A stretch of 63,898 bases of DNA, filler included, from Octopus bimaculoides (GCF_001194135.2; 9 parts of 7 records of this genome joined end to end with filler, not necessarily neighbours in it), one strand, 5' to 3'. Shown: positions 39,758 to 51,949, counted from the first letter of the whole stretch. Notes: generated from the sequence alone by a model not told the origin. A program made the numbers and translations.

Positions 39758-40607
39758 GTAATCAGACAAGTTTTAAAGGTTTTTCAATTGAGTTACAAAT
39801 GTTTGTCTTGATTTTGTGTCACAATTTACTAGTAGGGATAAATTTCATTTAAAAGTTCAGATGAAGAAATTAAAAGGGACACTTGATTTTTTTTTTTTTT
39901 TTTTCTTAAATATCTCAGATCAAACAGCTTGCCATATTTTAGGTTTTAATGGAACCTAAATACAGCTAACCACTTCATGTAAGTGAGTACAGCTTCATAA
40001 TGTACTATGCTTTCAATAATTATTTTAACTACCAATGTAATTGCTAGCAGATATAGACACTTTATGAATGTCCTTGCCCTCAACCAGCAGATAATCGGAT
40101 GTGATAACTGGAGAGACAGAACAATATGAAAAGACTAGAACAATGTGCAATGAAGTATATTGCTCAGTCTAGGAATCATGTGCATGGCCTTATGAGCCAA
40201 ACAACCTAACCACTAAGCCACATGCCTTCATAAAACCTAAGTGCTAAAACAAATGATGGCAGCTGAGGAGGTCAGAATAAGAACAAAATATATAAATATT
40301 GAGAGATGATTGACCATATTGGATGATGTATGCTTTAGTCTTTCTAAGGGCTTTCATCACCTTTCTATTGCCAGTGTCATACCAAACTAGGGATCTGAGT
40401 AAAACCTGATCCTTGGACTTATCAAGTAGTGAGCTAACTTGGACCATAAATATTCTAACCCATATTGGCATGGAAAACTGATGTAAGATGAAAATGATGA
40501 TGATAAATGAGGAATATTATCTGTTTTACCAAATATATATAAATAAGAGTTAAAGAATTCATTTGATTGTTTGATTTTTAACAAAAAATATGTCTATTTT
40601 TCTCCAG

Positions 40608-40734
40608 GATTTGATTAACTATTTAAGGATAAAATCACACAGCAGCATGTATGCTAGCTGTATGTCACCTGCTGTAGCCCAACAAATCATCAGCACAATC
40701 AGGGTGATCTCTGGAGCTGATGGTACAACAGAGG
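40608..40734 (+). CDS. SPTLC2: SPTLC2 exon (DLINYLRIKSHSSMYASCMSPAVAQQIISTIRVISGADGTTE-G)
   Basis: ctccag acceptor and gtaagt donor; 127 nt, in frame, homologous to LCB2. Confidence 0.96.
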
Positions 40735-41234
40735 GTAAGTTATTTTCTCCTGAATCAGCTCTGTCTTAAAAGCCAATTTCTTTCTGTTCAAGACTCTCTG
40801 CCTGAATCATAGGGGTTACTGGGTGATTGATTTTATTAGTAGTAGCTATGACTAAAAGTTATACCTTTTTTGTTGCATTAGAAACTTTAGCACACATGCC
40901 ATGGTTTATACCAATTGTCTGTAACCATTTTTAATTGGTTGATTAATCATTTTAGTTTTCCACTTCTATTGTTCTTTTATGTTGTCTTTCATTTGCTAGT
41001 GGAAAAAATGGAAATAACATCTCTCTGCTATTTCCATCTTTTGTCATATGTTGATTTCTTTCTGTCTCTCTTTTTTCCTTTCTTTCTTTTTGCCTCTCTT
41101 ACTCCTCACCAAAAAAGAGAAGTTTCCACAATATGAAGATGTGTATCAACATCCTTGGTTAAACTGTAGGAAGCTTCCTTTAGCCCTGTCTTTCTTGTTT
41201 CAGATTTTCACATTTTTCCCCATATTTCTTTCAG

Positions 41235-41370
41235 GAAAGAAACGCATCCGTCAGCTGAAATGGAATGTACGCTATTTCCGGCGTCGCCTTAATGAACTAA
41301 ACGTCATTGTCTATGGAAACAAAGACTCCCCAGTTGTACCCATTCTTTTGTATATGCCATCTAATATTGC
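41235..41370 (+). CDS. SPTLC2: SPTLC2 exon ([45 protein letters not shown])
   Basis: tttcag acceptor and gtgagt donor; 136 nt. Contains YFRRRL and YGNxDSPVVP. Confidence 0.97.
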
Positions 41371-42681
41371 GTGAGTTAATGATTTAATTAGAATCTTATA
41401 GTGTATGTTGGTCAAGATGAAAACATTTTTTGGGTGTAGAACTCAGTAAAATAAGATGTCAAAGTGTTAATCTTATAAAGTTTGTATTGTTTAGCCCCAG
41501 GGTAGCCCTGTTCAAGCAGACCTACAAGTAGTCATGATTATCCTGTTTTTCATTTTATTTTTGCATATTAGGTACTACATTGCCCACACTGTCCTCTTTT
41601 AAGATTGTTGGATGTGATTTGATGCAGATTATGCCTGCTATTTCTAAAACGTAGCTGTGTAGTCAAAAAGTTCATTTGCAGCTACATTTGTTTCAGATTC
41701 ATTCTCATTGAGTCACAGCATCAGCACTAGCTTTCTGTACTAGCTATAAGTTAACCAAAGTCTTATGTTTGAAATTTAGTTGACAGAAAGTGTGTGGGAG
41801 ATTGTGGGAAGAATATTTTGTTCTCAGCTTTACTTTCACACCAGTGAGTGCAAGACTGCTTGTAGCAGAATCTACTCTGCTCCATGCCTTCAGTATGAGG
41901 TTTTTGCTTCTTTCATATACATGCATCCAAGTCTCCCCACTCCTCACACCACCAATGTTGCCCAAAGGAAAAGCAAGTGCGCATACAGCTTGGCAATAGT
42001 GACATCATAGGCACTGCCATCAAAACACAAAACAGATAGAACAGATATAGCAAGGCATGTCATTCAATACTATAAGAATTCTACTCATCTGCCAACCTGG
42101 CTGATCTTGATTTATCTGTGAAATTTACCCTAGTGATTTGAACCTTTTACTTTATTACCCTTCTAACAACTGACTTCAATGCTGCTATACCAGTCATTAG
42201 GTATATACATATGTATATATATATATAAGTTATAGATATATACATAGAGAAAATATACACAAATAATAGATTTTATATATTTATTGAAGGCTTACAGATG
42301 TTTCAGATATGCATTTAATTCCATAGTTTTTGCTCAGTTATCATGTTTCCCAGGAGAAAATAGAATCCATCAAATTGTTTGAGAAGGCTTTAAAGTGTGT
42401 GTGTTTCAGTGTAATGTGCATGTGAGAGAGTGTGTGTTGGTTAAGTGAATTTTTTCAGTTACTTTGGTGACAGTAATGAGAACATCATTAATAATAATAT
42501 CCAGTAGCAATATGGTTTGGTTTCATCTGGGAAAGTTTGTTTTTTTCCCCAAATTTCTGTTTTTTATAAATATATTTTACATGTTTAATTTTGGTTGAAA
42601 TTTGTTTATAAAAACAAAAATTTCTTTAAGAAATCATGATGAATCGTTGAAAGGGACAAAAGCGTTAATTTTTTCTTTTTA

Positions 42682-42950
42682 CCGCTGGACTGGCTCCTGT
42701 GCAGGTGGCGCATAAAATACACTATTTTAAATGTGGCCATTGCCAGTACCACCAAACTGGCCTTTGTGCCGGTGGCACGTAAAAGCACCCACTACACTCT
42801 CAGAGTGGTTGGCGTTAGGAAGGGCATCTAACCGTAGAAACTCTGCCAAATCAGATTGGAGCCTGGTGTAGCCATCTGGCTCACCAGTCCTCAGTCAAAT
42901 CGTCCAACCCATGCTAGCATGGAAAGTAGACGTTAAACGATGATGATGAT
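42682..42950 (+). mobile_element. SINE or short LINE end carrying the RTE 3' tail, CpG-intact
   Basis: gagtggttggcgttaggaagggcat...gacgttaaacgatgatgatgat matches the 3' end of the RTE at 33017-33200. Confidence 0.85.
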
Positions 42951-42951
42951 A

Positions 42952-42991
<40 letters not shown>

Positions 42992-42995
42992 GATA

Positions 42996-44671
42996 TATAA
43001 GGAAAATAAGACAAGGTAGAAAATGCTAAAATAATTTCATCATGGAGTGCATTTTAGTACCGGTTTCCGTCTTTTAGACTTTTTCATCTAAGAGTAAAAT
43101 AAGAAAAACAATTAAATTGGAGAAAAAAATTAAGTGAAATGTTTTGTAGATATTTTCATAGTCTTTGAATAGGTAAATATTTCTTTAGTTTTCAGACAGT
43201 CTCTCTCTCTGTTCCTTTGTGAATGCCTGGTAAGTAGGTAGGTAGGTAGCAGTAAATTTGAAGGAATAGTTTGGGTACAGACAATTGATAGTTTAAGCAG
43301 GAGCAACCAAGGAAGAGGAGGAGGAGGGGTTGAAGGAGAAGATGAAGGAAGAGAAGTAGGGAAAAGGGGAGAAAGAAAAAAACCAAAATACAGGTGTGCT
43401 GTGCTACAATAAATCGTTTGAGTTAAAGAATACACTTATCAGCAGGAACTATCCGCCATCATTAACTGATATAGGCTTTCAACATGCCCTACAACTCAAC
43501 ATCAACAAACTAAAGAAGGATTTACAACCAAAAGCCCTACCATACATATCCACGCACAACCCCCTAAACAATGAGGCCTTCAACACCATCCTCCAGAACA
43601 TTCCTTTACTAAAAAGTGACCATAGAATGGATCAAATCCTCCAAACACACACCATCATAAAGAGCAAAAAACAAACCAAGTCAATGAAAAGTTTTCTAAC
43701 ACAGGCCCAAATACACTCATCAACAACATTAAAACTGACAGTAAAAAAATGCGGAAGACCTAACTGTGGTATATGTGTCAACCTAATTGGGAGATTGGAA
43801 TTCTCTTTCAAACAGGGTCAACGTTTTAGAGTGAAAAACAACTTCACATGTGCTTTGGAAAACCTAATATATATATTAACTTGCTCAGGGTGTCAAGAAC
43901 AATATATTGGTCAAACTAAAAACAGTTTACATCAGAGGATGACAGTACATAGATCCCAGATTAAAATATGAGAATACAGAAAAATAGGATTAAGCAATCA
44001 CATAGATTTTTGCGCAACTAATGAACAACCCAACTTCAGAATTTTTCCCCTCTATAAATTCAGGTACAATGCAACTTATAGTCAGCACATCAGCAAAGAA
44101 GCATACTTTATCACAGAATATAAACCTCTTTTGAATTCCCCCACCAAAGATGGAACTACAACAATTATTTAGAACATTTCCAACCACTACTGCTACGACC
44201 ACAACAGATCACTTTTAGGTCATTTGACCATTAAAGAAAATTCCTTGAACAATTTACTGTGCCACAACACACCTGTATTTTTCTTTTCTTTCCCTACTTC
44301 TCTTCCTTCTTCATCTTCTCCTTCAATTCCTTCTTCTTTTCCTTCCTCTCCCACTTCTCCCTCAGTTGCTCCTGCTTAAATCATCAATTGTCTGTACCCA
44401 AACTATTTTTTCAAATTTACTACCTACCTACCTACCAGGCATTCACAAGGGAATAGAGAGGCAGACAGACTGTCTGAAAACTATGGAAATATTTACCTAT
44501 TCAAAGACTATGGAGAGAAAAAATTAAGTAAAATGTTTTGCAGATATTTCCAATTTAATTTTTCTTATTTTACTCTTAGTTGAAAAAGTGTAAAAGATGG
44601 AAACCGGTACTAAAATGTACTTTGTGATAAAATTATTTTAGCATTTTCTACCTTGTCTTATTTTCCTTATA
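42996..44671 (+). mobile_element. 5'-truncated Penelope-like element with inverted pseudo-LTR arms (42996-43403 and 44263-44671)
   Basis: ORF 43396-43971 reads KCGRPNCGIC...FTCALENLIYILTCSGCQEQYIGQTKNSLHQRMTVHRSQI, a GIY-YIG domain. The arms are reverse complements of each other. Confidence 0.92.
43051..43100 (-). ncRNA. Degenerate hammerhead-like motif in Penelope arm (mirror copy at about 44567-44616, + strand)
   Basis: attttactc-ttaGATGA-aaaagtctaaaagacg-GAAACCGGTA-ctaaaat. Palindromic ACCGGT stem III, but the CTGA core and stems I and II are damaged. Confidence 0.35.
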
Positions 44672-44984
44672 CGTGTCAATTCATGTGTTACATTTCTAAC
44701 TGATATATATATATTAGTCAGGTCACACTTGAGTGCTATTAGTTGCTCTTGTTCACTACTGGTAACATGTAACCCAGTACAACCTGTTATATGATCACGT
44801 TGTTGGCGACTAAACTGGCAACCTCACTAAGCTTGCTTGGTGAGGTGGGTGATTGTGGGACACACTGCAAGATGAAAAATAAGACCCATCAAAGGGTGGA
44901 GGAAGTTATGAGTAGTCAACGGCTATCCAACAGATATGTGTAAATATGTATATATCATTTTTTTTTTTTTTAAATTTTTTTTTT

Positions 44985-45552
44985 ATGTATGTATGAGTTG
45001 CTTCATGCCGGACACCAGAATGATATTTAACCACTCTATGGAGCCTTTGGGTGTCGGTTTGATGTCTGGCATGGCATAGCCTACCTCAGGGGCAGGTAGA
45101 AGCTCTTTAACTTTGGTTGGTAATTTACCTAGGAGAAGGAAATCTCTAAAATAAAACCTGAAGCCTTGGAAGTTTCTGAGTTTGTCAAATCTCATGTCAT
45201 ACCTGTGAAAGTCTTCTTGGGCCAATAAGTGGGGGTAGTGCAGTGCAAGCTACACCCACTGAAAATTATTCATCTGTACAGGTACTTCTTGTACACCAAA
45301 TCTTAGTAAAATTATTGAATTGGTTGGTAGAAACTTAAAAATGCACTTGCAAATTACTCTGAAATGTCTCAAACAGATTCAGTAAATGGTAAAAAAGGCT
45401 TTGGAATGTCAGGGGAACAGGTTTGTCCCAGTGTGTCACAGGCTGGGCCTGGTCGTCATCCTGCCCCTATGGTCAAACAATCTTCAAGAAGAAAAAATAA
45501 GCATCCTCTGAATTTAGGCTGTTGGAATGTATGCACACTTCTAGATAATTGA
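44985..45552 (+). mobile_element. 5' end of an RTE-type LINE (5' UTR and start of APE)
   Basis: ORF 45364-45552 ends LNLGCWNVCTLLD, matching the G(T/C)WNVRTL start of the APE domain. Confidence 0.7.
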
Positions 45553-45859
45553 TTGAGATTTGAGCCCAGCAAAACAAGGATGCTCATTAATGCCATTGAC
45601 TGTTTGCTAATACATCAAGTTGTTTTTGAAAGAAGATGTGTTGTTAAATTTAATACAAACAGCCTGTAAATTTGAATATATATATGTTTATGTATATGTG
45701 TATATATCTTTTACTACTTTTAGTCAAATGAATCAACCCCAATACTTATTTTGAATTTTTAAGCATGGTAATTCTTTCAGTTTCTTTTGTTGAACTGCTA
45801 AGTTATGGGGATGTCAAGTGGTGGTGGAAGACAGGCAGACACACACACACACTCACACA

Positions 45860-46950
45860 TGCCAGAGTTCTGTGACACAAATGATCTTATGATCTGCAAT
45901 ACTAACTTCAGGAAACCAGCCACTCACCAGTTCACCTATCAGTGTAGTAGTCAATACAGGTGGTTGCTTACAAATGCAAAGACCTTCCCAAGTGAAGAGT
46001 GCATTCCTCAACATAGGTTAGTCATTAATGATTTCAGACTCAGGGCTTGAAGGTTTCCAAGAAGATAACCAATCTGGAAAAGAAAGATCTGGAAGCTTAA
46101 AGATCTTCTAAATAGTTAGAGATTCAGACATTTTACTTGAAGCATTTGATGAAAAAGAGGATGATATAATAGCGTATAATGTAGAGGGCAACTGGAGGAT
46201 CCTACGGGGCTGCTGACCAAATTTGTGACTGCAAAGTCCCTTCCAAACTTAAGGTGACATAGTGATGGAATATTGCAGCTGACAGGGCCATAAGAGCGAC
46301 AAAACGGGCCTAGATGGACAGGAAGAGTGGTGGCAGAGATTTATATTAGATAGCTAGAAGGGAGGTTAAGAAACAGGTATATCTAATTAGGGGAGAAGCA
46401 GAAAGGAAGTTTGCTAATGTTCTATGGAAAAGGGATCAGGGGCTTGAAGTATTTCAAAATTCTGTGTGAGAAAAAAATGTGATGTTGTAGAAGAGAAGTG
46501 TGTTTGCATAGATGATGGTTCACTTGCAAGAAGGTTTAATGAGAAAGTAGTCTTTGTGTGGATGCAATAAACACTAAGAATGCAGAGACTTCCTCAAATA
46601 TCTGGAGATCATTAGAAGTAGTGAATAGCTTCCATTACCTAGGCAACCAAGTTAGCAGTAGAGGAGGAAGTAGTGAAAGCATAGTTGCTAGAATAAGAAC
46701 AGGCTGGGCAAAGTTGAGAAAGTTACTACCTAACAAAGGGCCTCTTCAGTGAAAGGCAGACTGTATGATGCCTCTACATACAGCTGTGCTATATGATGGT
46801 GAAACATGGGATATGACTATAGAGGACATGTGAAGGCTTGAAAGAAATGAAGCCCGCATGCTCTGCTGGATGGGTAATGTCAGTGTGCTCCTACAACAGT
46901 GTAAATGATTTAACAGAAAAATTAGGTATAAGAGGCATCAGGTGTTGCAT
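45860..46950 (+). mobile_element. Deleted RTE LINE copy (APE end, linker and post-RT region)
   Basis: EFCDTNDLMICNTNFRKPATH..ECIPQHRLVINDF and LEVVNSFHYLG..SESIVARIRTGWAKLRKLLP; homologous to the other two RTE copies. Confidence 0.85.
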
Positions 46951-47011
46951 GCAAGAGAGATTATATATACGCACATAGGTTTATGCACACACACACACAC
47001 ACACATGTATG

Positions 47012-49400
47012 TATAGGTATGGTTGTGTGGTAAGAAGCTTGCTTTTTTTGTGGCAAGAAGCTTGTGTTTTTTGTGTATTGAGGCTTGTGTTGTGCCTTCT
47101 TTTCTGGGGGCGTATCTCGACTCGAGAAGTGGTTGAACTATTTGTGAAATTATGCAAAAGCAATTTGTTCACTTTTAGTGAATAGTTTTTGTGAAAATTG
47201 TTGTGTGGAGAGTGTATCCCGCCTCCAAAAAATTAACATTATTACCAAATTTTTTGAAAATTGTGGAAGCCGTTCCAGTTGCACAATTCCGTGTTCAATT
47301 GGCCTGGAGTACCTAGTGGCCGGAAAATTGTTTGAACTGTGTTCTTTTTCTTTTTTCTATTTTTGTGTAATTTTTTTCTTCCGAACTTTTTATCTTTCTT
47401 CTGTCTTCCTGTCTGTCTTTTCTTCTGTGTGACTTTCTGTTAACAGTTAAACAATACAATGAGCAATAAGAAAAAAATACCATCTTGGAGTGGGAATTAT
47501 GTCCACCCAAGAAATGGATAAGGGAAATGGAGGAAAGAATGGTGGTGTTGAGAACTTACTCCAAGTTACTCGACACCATTACGGTCTTTCCTCAAACGGA
47601 TATAGAAAAAGAATTGGTGGAGCATCTGCCCACCATTAAGTTCATAGCCAGGGGTGCCAAGTATGCAACAATTTGGTTGCTATTTAACACCCCTGAAGTG
47701 GCTCGCAAATTTGTGAGCCCTTTGAAGGGCAGGATATCTTGTTTCTCCCCACTTACTGTGGGAAGAAACTGACACGAGCTTGGATCTGTGGGCTGCCACC
47801 CGGCATAGAGTCTGAGTGGATAGAAGACACTATCCGCCAGGGGCTGGATGGTAGCGGATCCAGGCTCATTAATGTTAAGATTCTGCCTTCAGCTGATTGG
47901 GTTGGGTCGAAGGCTGTGTTGACCATATGGACCCAATCAGCTAAAGATCTGGTTTTCCCAGATTTTCTGAGGATGGCTGGGCACAGGTACCCGGTGATCC
48001 TTGAAGGAGGCCCCTACCCCCAAGTGTTACCAGTGCCTGGAGCCTGGCCACATAAAAAAGAACTGTCCCCATGATCAAAGTAGGGTCCTGGAGCAGTTAG
48101 TGAATGCTGCTCTCTCAGTGGAGGGAGAGACGAAAGTCAAGGAGGTGGAAACCTCTTCGTTAAAAAGAAAAAAAAAGAAAGAAGGTAAGCAACNNNNNNN
48201 NNNNNNNNNNNNNNNNNNNNNNNNNNNNNNNNNNNNNNNNNNNNNNNNNNNNNNNNNNNNNNNNNNNNNNNNNNNNNNNNNNNNNNNNNNNNNNNNNNNN
48301 NNNNNNNNNNNNNNNNNNNNNNNNNNNNNNNNNNNNNNNNNNNNNNNNNNNNNNNNNNNNNNNNNNNNNNNNNNNNNNNNNNNNNNNNNNNNNNNNNNNN
48401 NNNNNNNNNNNNNNNNNNNNNNNNNNNNNNNNNNNNNNNNNNNNNGTGGGAATTGTGCCACCAACGGAGGAAGACCTGTCTGCAGGAATTCTGCCGCCGA
48501 CAGTAGAGGCCCCTCCCAACATGATAAAGTGTGATTTTTAGTCCTCTTCCAAAAGGGAGGGGACGATACATCATTGAACTAAAAAGATAATAAGGAAATG
48601 TCCAAAGAGAGAAATCCTCACCTGTACTAGGCACTCTAATTGGCCTTCGCAGATAGCTGCGGAGGTCATGTGGGAAGAAGACCTGTTCAGGATAATGGAT
48701 TCCTTCTCCGAGGACTCATATCGTTTTCTCTTGACTAACCGGCCCAAACTCGAGTGCTTGGAAAAAGCACTAAGCTTCATGAGTTAGGGCCGGGAAGAGG
48801 TAAGAGGACAAGTGCCTCATAATGACAGGACGTGTAGCTCTCAAAAATTGTAAGAGGCATGTGCTTCATTTTTTGTAATTGTGTTGAAAATTGTAAAGTA
48901 AGAGGTTTATTGCCTCAGTTTGTTAAAATTTTATAATTTAAAAAAAAAGAACAAAGTTTTAGAGAAGCAAAGTTCGGCGGGCAGCTTCGTCTTCTCCCAT
49001 CTATATCATCACGTATTAATGTTTTTGTCCAGCCCGCTTTGCTTCTTGCAACTCTGTGTTCAGCCCTAGTGGCTAATTTGATGAAATAAAGAAGCTTGCT
49101 TTTCAACCACATGGTTCTGGGTTCAGTCCCACTGTGTGGCACCTTGGGCAATTGTCTTCTACTAGAGCCTTGGGCTGACCTAAGCCTTGAGTGTATTTGG
49201 TTGACAGAAACTGAAAGAAGCCCAAAATATATGTGTGTGTCTTTGTCCCACACCACTGCTTGACAACTGGTATTGGTGTATTTATGTCCGTAACTTAGCA
49301 GTTCAGCAAAGACTAGTAGAATAAGTACTGGGGTTGGTTTATTTCAATAAAAATTCAAGGTGGTGTCCCAGCATGGCCACAAGTTTAATGATTAAAACAA
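47012..49400 (+). mobile_element. Family B SINE split by a 2-kb insertion (head 47012-47046, remainder 49089-49400)
   Basis: ggttgtgtggtaagaagcttgctttt resumes as aagaagcttgcttttcaaccacatgg. Confidence 0.85.
47047..49088 (+). mobile_element. ORF1-only (HAL1-like) non-LTR retroelement with CCHC zinc knuckle
   Basis: Frameshifted ORF from about 47459 to TAG at 48786-48788, including KCYQCLEPGHIKKNCP. No endonuclease or RT follows. 15-bp AAGAAGCTTGCTTTT duplication at 47032-47046 and 49089-49103. Confidence 0.75.
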
Positions 49401-50059
49401 GTTAAAGAGATGATATATATATATATGTGTGTGTACATATATATGCATGTATGTATATCTGTACGTATATATGTACATGTATGTATACATATATATGCAC
49501 ATGTATATGTATTTATGTTTACATATGTATGTGTATTTGTGCATATATGTATATGTACATATAGAGGAAATGCAATGAGTATATGTTGATTGACATATAT
49601 TAATAGGTATATACAATGAGTGCTCAGATCAGTTTACCATAAAAACTCCAGGTTGAAGTATAATTGGGAATAAGATTTTGAAATAGCCTATCCAAGGCAG
49701 CTAGAATCAGCACCTGATTCAGTGGGTGTAAATAGATCAGAAATGGAAGACAGATGAGCAGAGCATTTGATATTATTTGAGGATATTTACTTGATAATAA
49801 AGAGTACAAGTATAAGGATAAGGTAGATAAGTAAACTCTCTTACAGCTGTTTCTGGAATACCTGAGCAAGTGGATCGTGTTAATAATTTGTAACAAATTC
49901 ATGTAATCCAAGTATCCCATTGTCAGAGAGATTGAGGTAAAACATAAAAAGACATCATTAATTGAAGATATTAGTAGTCATCAGTTAATGAATTGATAAA
50001 GTCTGTTGGTAGTTTAATATATAATGTTTTAATTCAGCAGATAAATAGTTCAGCATGTA

Positions 50060-50111
<52 letters not shown>

Positions 50112-50135
50112 TGTGTGTGTGTGTGTATATATATA

Positions 50136-50640
50136 CAGGTGTCTGATCAAAAAGTATTGGGGACTGGTGCTATAAAAAGGAAACTACAACAGATCAAATC
50201 ACCATTTAATCTCCTTCGAAGTAGTCTCCCTCTGAAGCCACACACTTTCTCCAGTGTCATTTCCATTGATGGAAGCATTCCTGGTACTCCTTTATTGGGA
50301 TAGCAAGCAGCTGCCTTATCACATTCTCTTGGATTTCCTCAATGTCTTGAAATTTTGGGGTATTCCACTGCAAAGATTAAGCCTTGATTTCAGGGTCATA
50401 GCCTCAGACCCACAATTCATCACCTGTTATGACCATTTTCAAAGTTTTCATCTTCCTTGAGACAATCAAGGTGATTGTACATAACTAAAACCTGATCTTT
50501 TTGAGACAACCACACTCAACTTTACTTCCGAGCACTGCTATAAACCACAGAAGTGAGTGAGAACACTTAATGTGCATGTACAACGGAGTTGCACATGTAG
50601 TTATGCCCTAAATTTACTGAATGAATGAGTACTATTAAAC
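50136..50640 (-). mobile_element. Mariner DNA transposon remnant
   Basis: TA followed by a TIR-like CAGGTGTCTGATCAAAAAGTATT. Minus strand reads FHQWK*HWRKCVASEGDYFEGD*, the mariner transposase C-terminus. Right boundary is approximate. Confidence 0.8.
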
Positions 50641-51100
50641 GAATAAAAGAGTCAAAGGAAAATTAGATGTAACATATCAGAAAAATTACGCACTGAGAAA
50701 TAAATGTATAAATATCCTTCAGCAGCTAGCAGAAAACCACCTAAAGGGTGGTCTTTCTGCTAGTATATATTATTAATAGTAGCAAAAAGCTCCTTGGAAA
50801 GCTTATCCACCTTGTGAATCCTAAAGGTCCAGTGAAGAACTCGTTTGTTTCACAGGTCCAGTGATCATTAATAAACATATTCACTGTACCAACACGTACT
50901 AAACATTAATAGACATATTCACTGTACCTTCTTTAAACTATGGTCTCTCCAGTTCCATACTGCCCTCCCATTTGGATCATCTGTTATGCCCCATCAAGTT
51001 CTGCCCATATGAAAAAGCAGCTGTAAGATGATGGGGATTGTGTGTGTGTGTGTGTTTTATTTGTGAAATATGTATAAATTTTTAATTTCTTACTTTATAG

Positions 51101-51230
51101 TGAATTTGCTCGTGTTTCTTTGGAGAAAGGTCTTGGAGTTGTTGTAGTTGGATTTCCAGCAACACCAATAATTGAATCAAGAGCTAGATTTTGTCTTTCT
51201 GCATCTCATACAAAAGAAATGCTTGACAGA
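51101..51230 (+). CDS. SPTLC2: SPTLC2 exon with PATP loop ([43 protein letters not shown])
   Basis: ttatag acceptor and gtaagt donor; 130 nt. [18 protein letters not shown] is hallmark LCB2 sequence. Confidence 0.97.
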
Positions 51231-51364
51231 GTAAGTAGATTTCTTTTTTAACTATTGAAAATTAGAATGAATGTGTGATGTTTTGATATTTGCGTATCAT
51301 TCAAGAGAAAAGCTTTCATGAAAGTTTCATTTGTGATTTTTATATTCCTATTTCCAGTCAGGTG

Positions 51365-51580
51365 TAACTGTATGGTAAGAAGTTTGCTTCTCAACCACAT
51401 GGTTCTAACTTCAATCCCATTGCATGGCACCTTGGGCAAATGTCTTCTTCTATAGCCCCAGGCCAACCAAAGCCTTGTGAGTGGTTTGGTAGATGGAAAC
51501 TAAAACAATCCTGCTGTGTGCATACATTCGTATTTGTCCCCCACCACTACTATACAACCAGTGTTGATTTGTTTATGTTC
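51365..51580 (+). mobile_element. Family B SINE, CpG-decayed
   Basis: Homologous to 17087-17245 with CG changed to CA or TG. Confidence 0.82.
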
Positions 51581-51949
51581 CCATACATGTTATTTAGAAT
51601 GCGTAAGTATGCATCTACCAAGAACTTGGGTTAGATTTTGTTTTAGGTAGCCAGTGCTGAATGAAGAGACCAGACTGTTTAGGAACAACACTAATTCAAT
51701 GTGCCTTTCCATTTCATAAGATGAGGGTACTATTTGAGAGAGATTTGGTTGTTATTTTCACATGTCAGCCAACCATGTCAGGTTTCCCAAAATTTGATAG
51801 TGTTAACAAGTGAAGCAATTAGAGTAGAAATATAATGATGGGAATGGTTGCTTTTGATAATACTAATGGGGTATCATTTTGAAATTGACACAGTGACATT
51901 TATCCCCAAATCTACTAGAGCTTGACAAATTACTACTTGTTTTTGCCAG

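Noticed and set aside
43396-43971. GIY-YIG ORF as a domesticated nuclease or homing endonuclease
   Set aside because: 5'-truncated, has a premature stop before the domain end, and sits within Penelope inverted arms.
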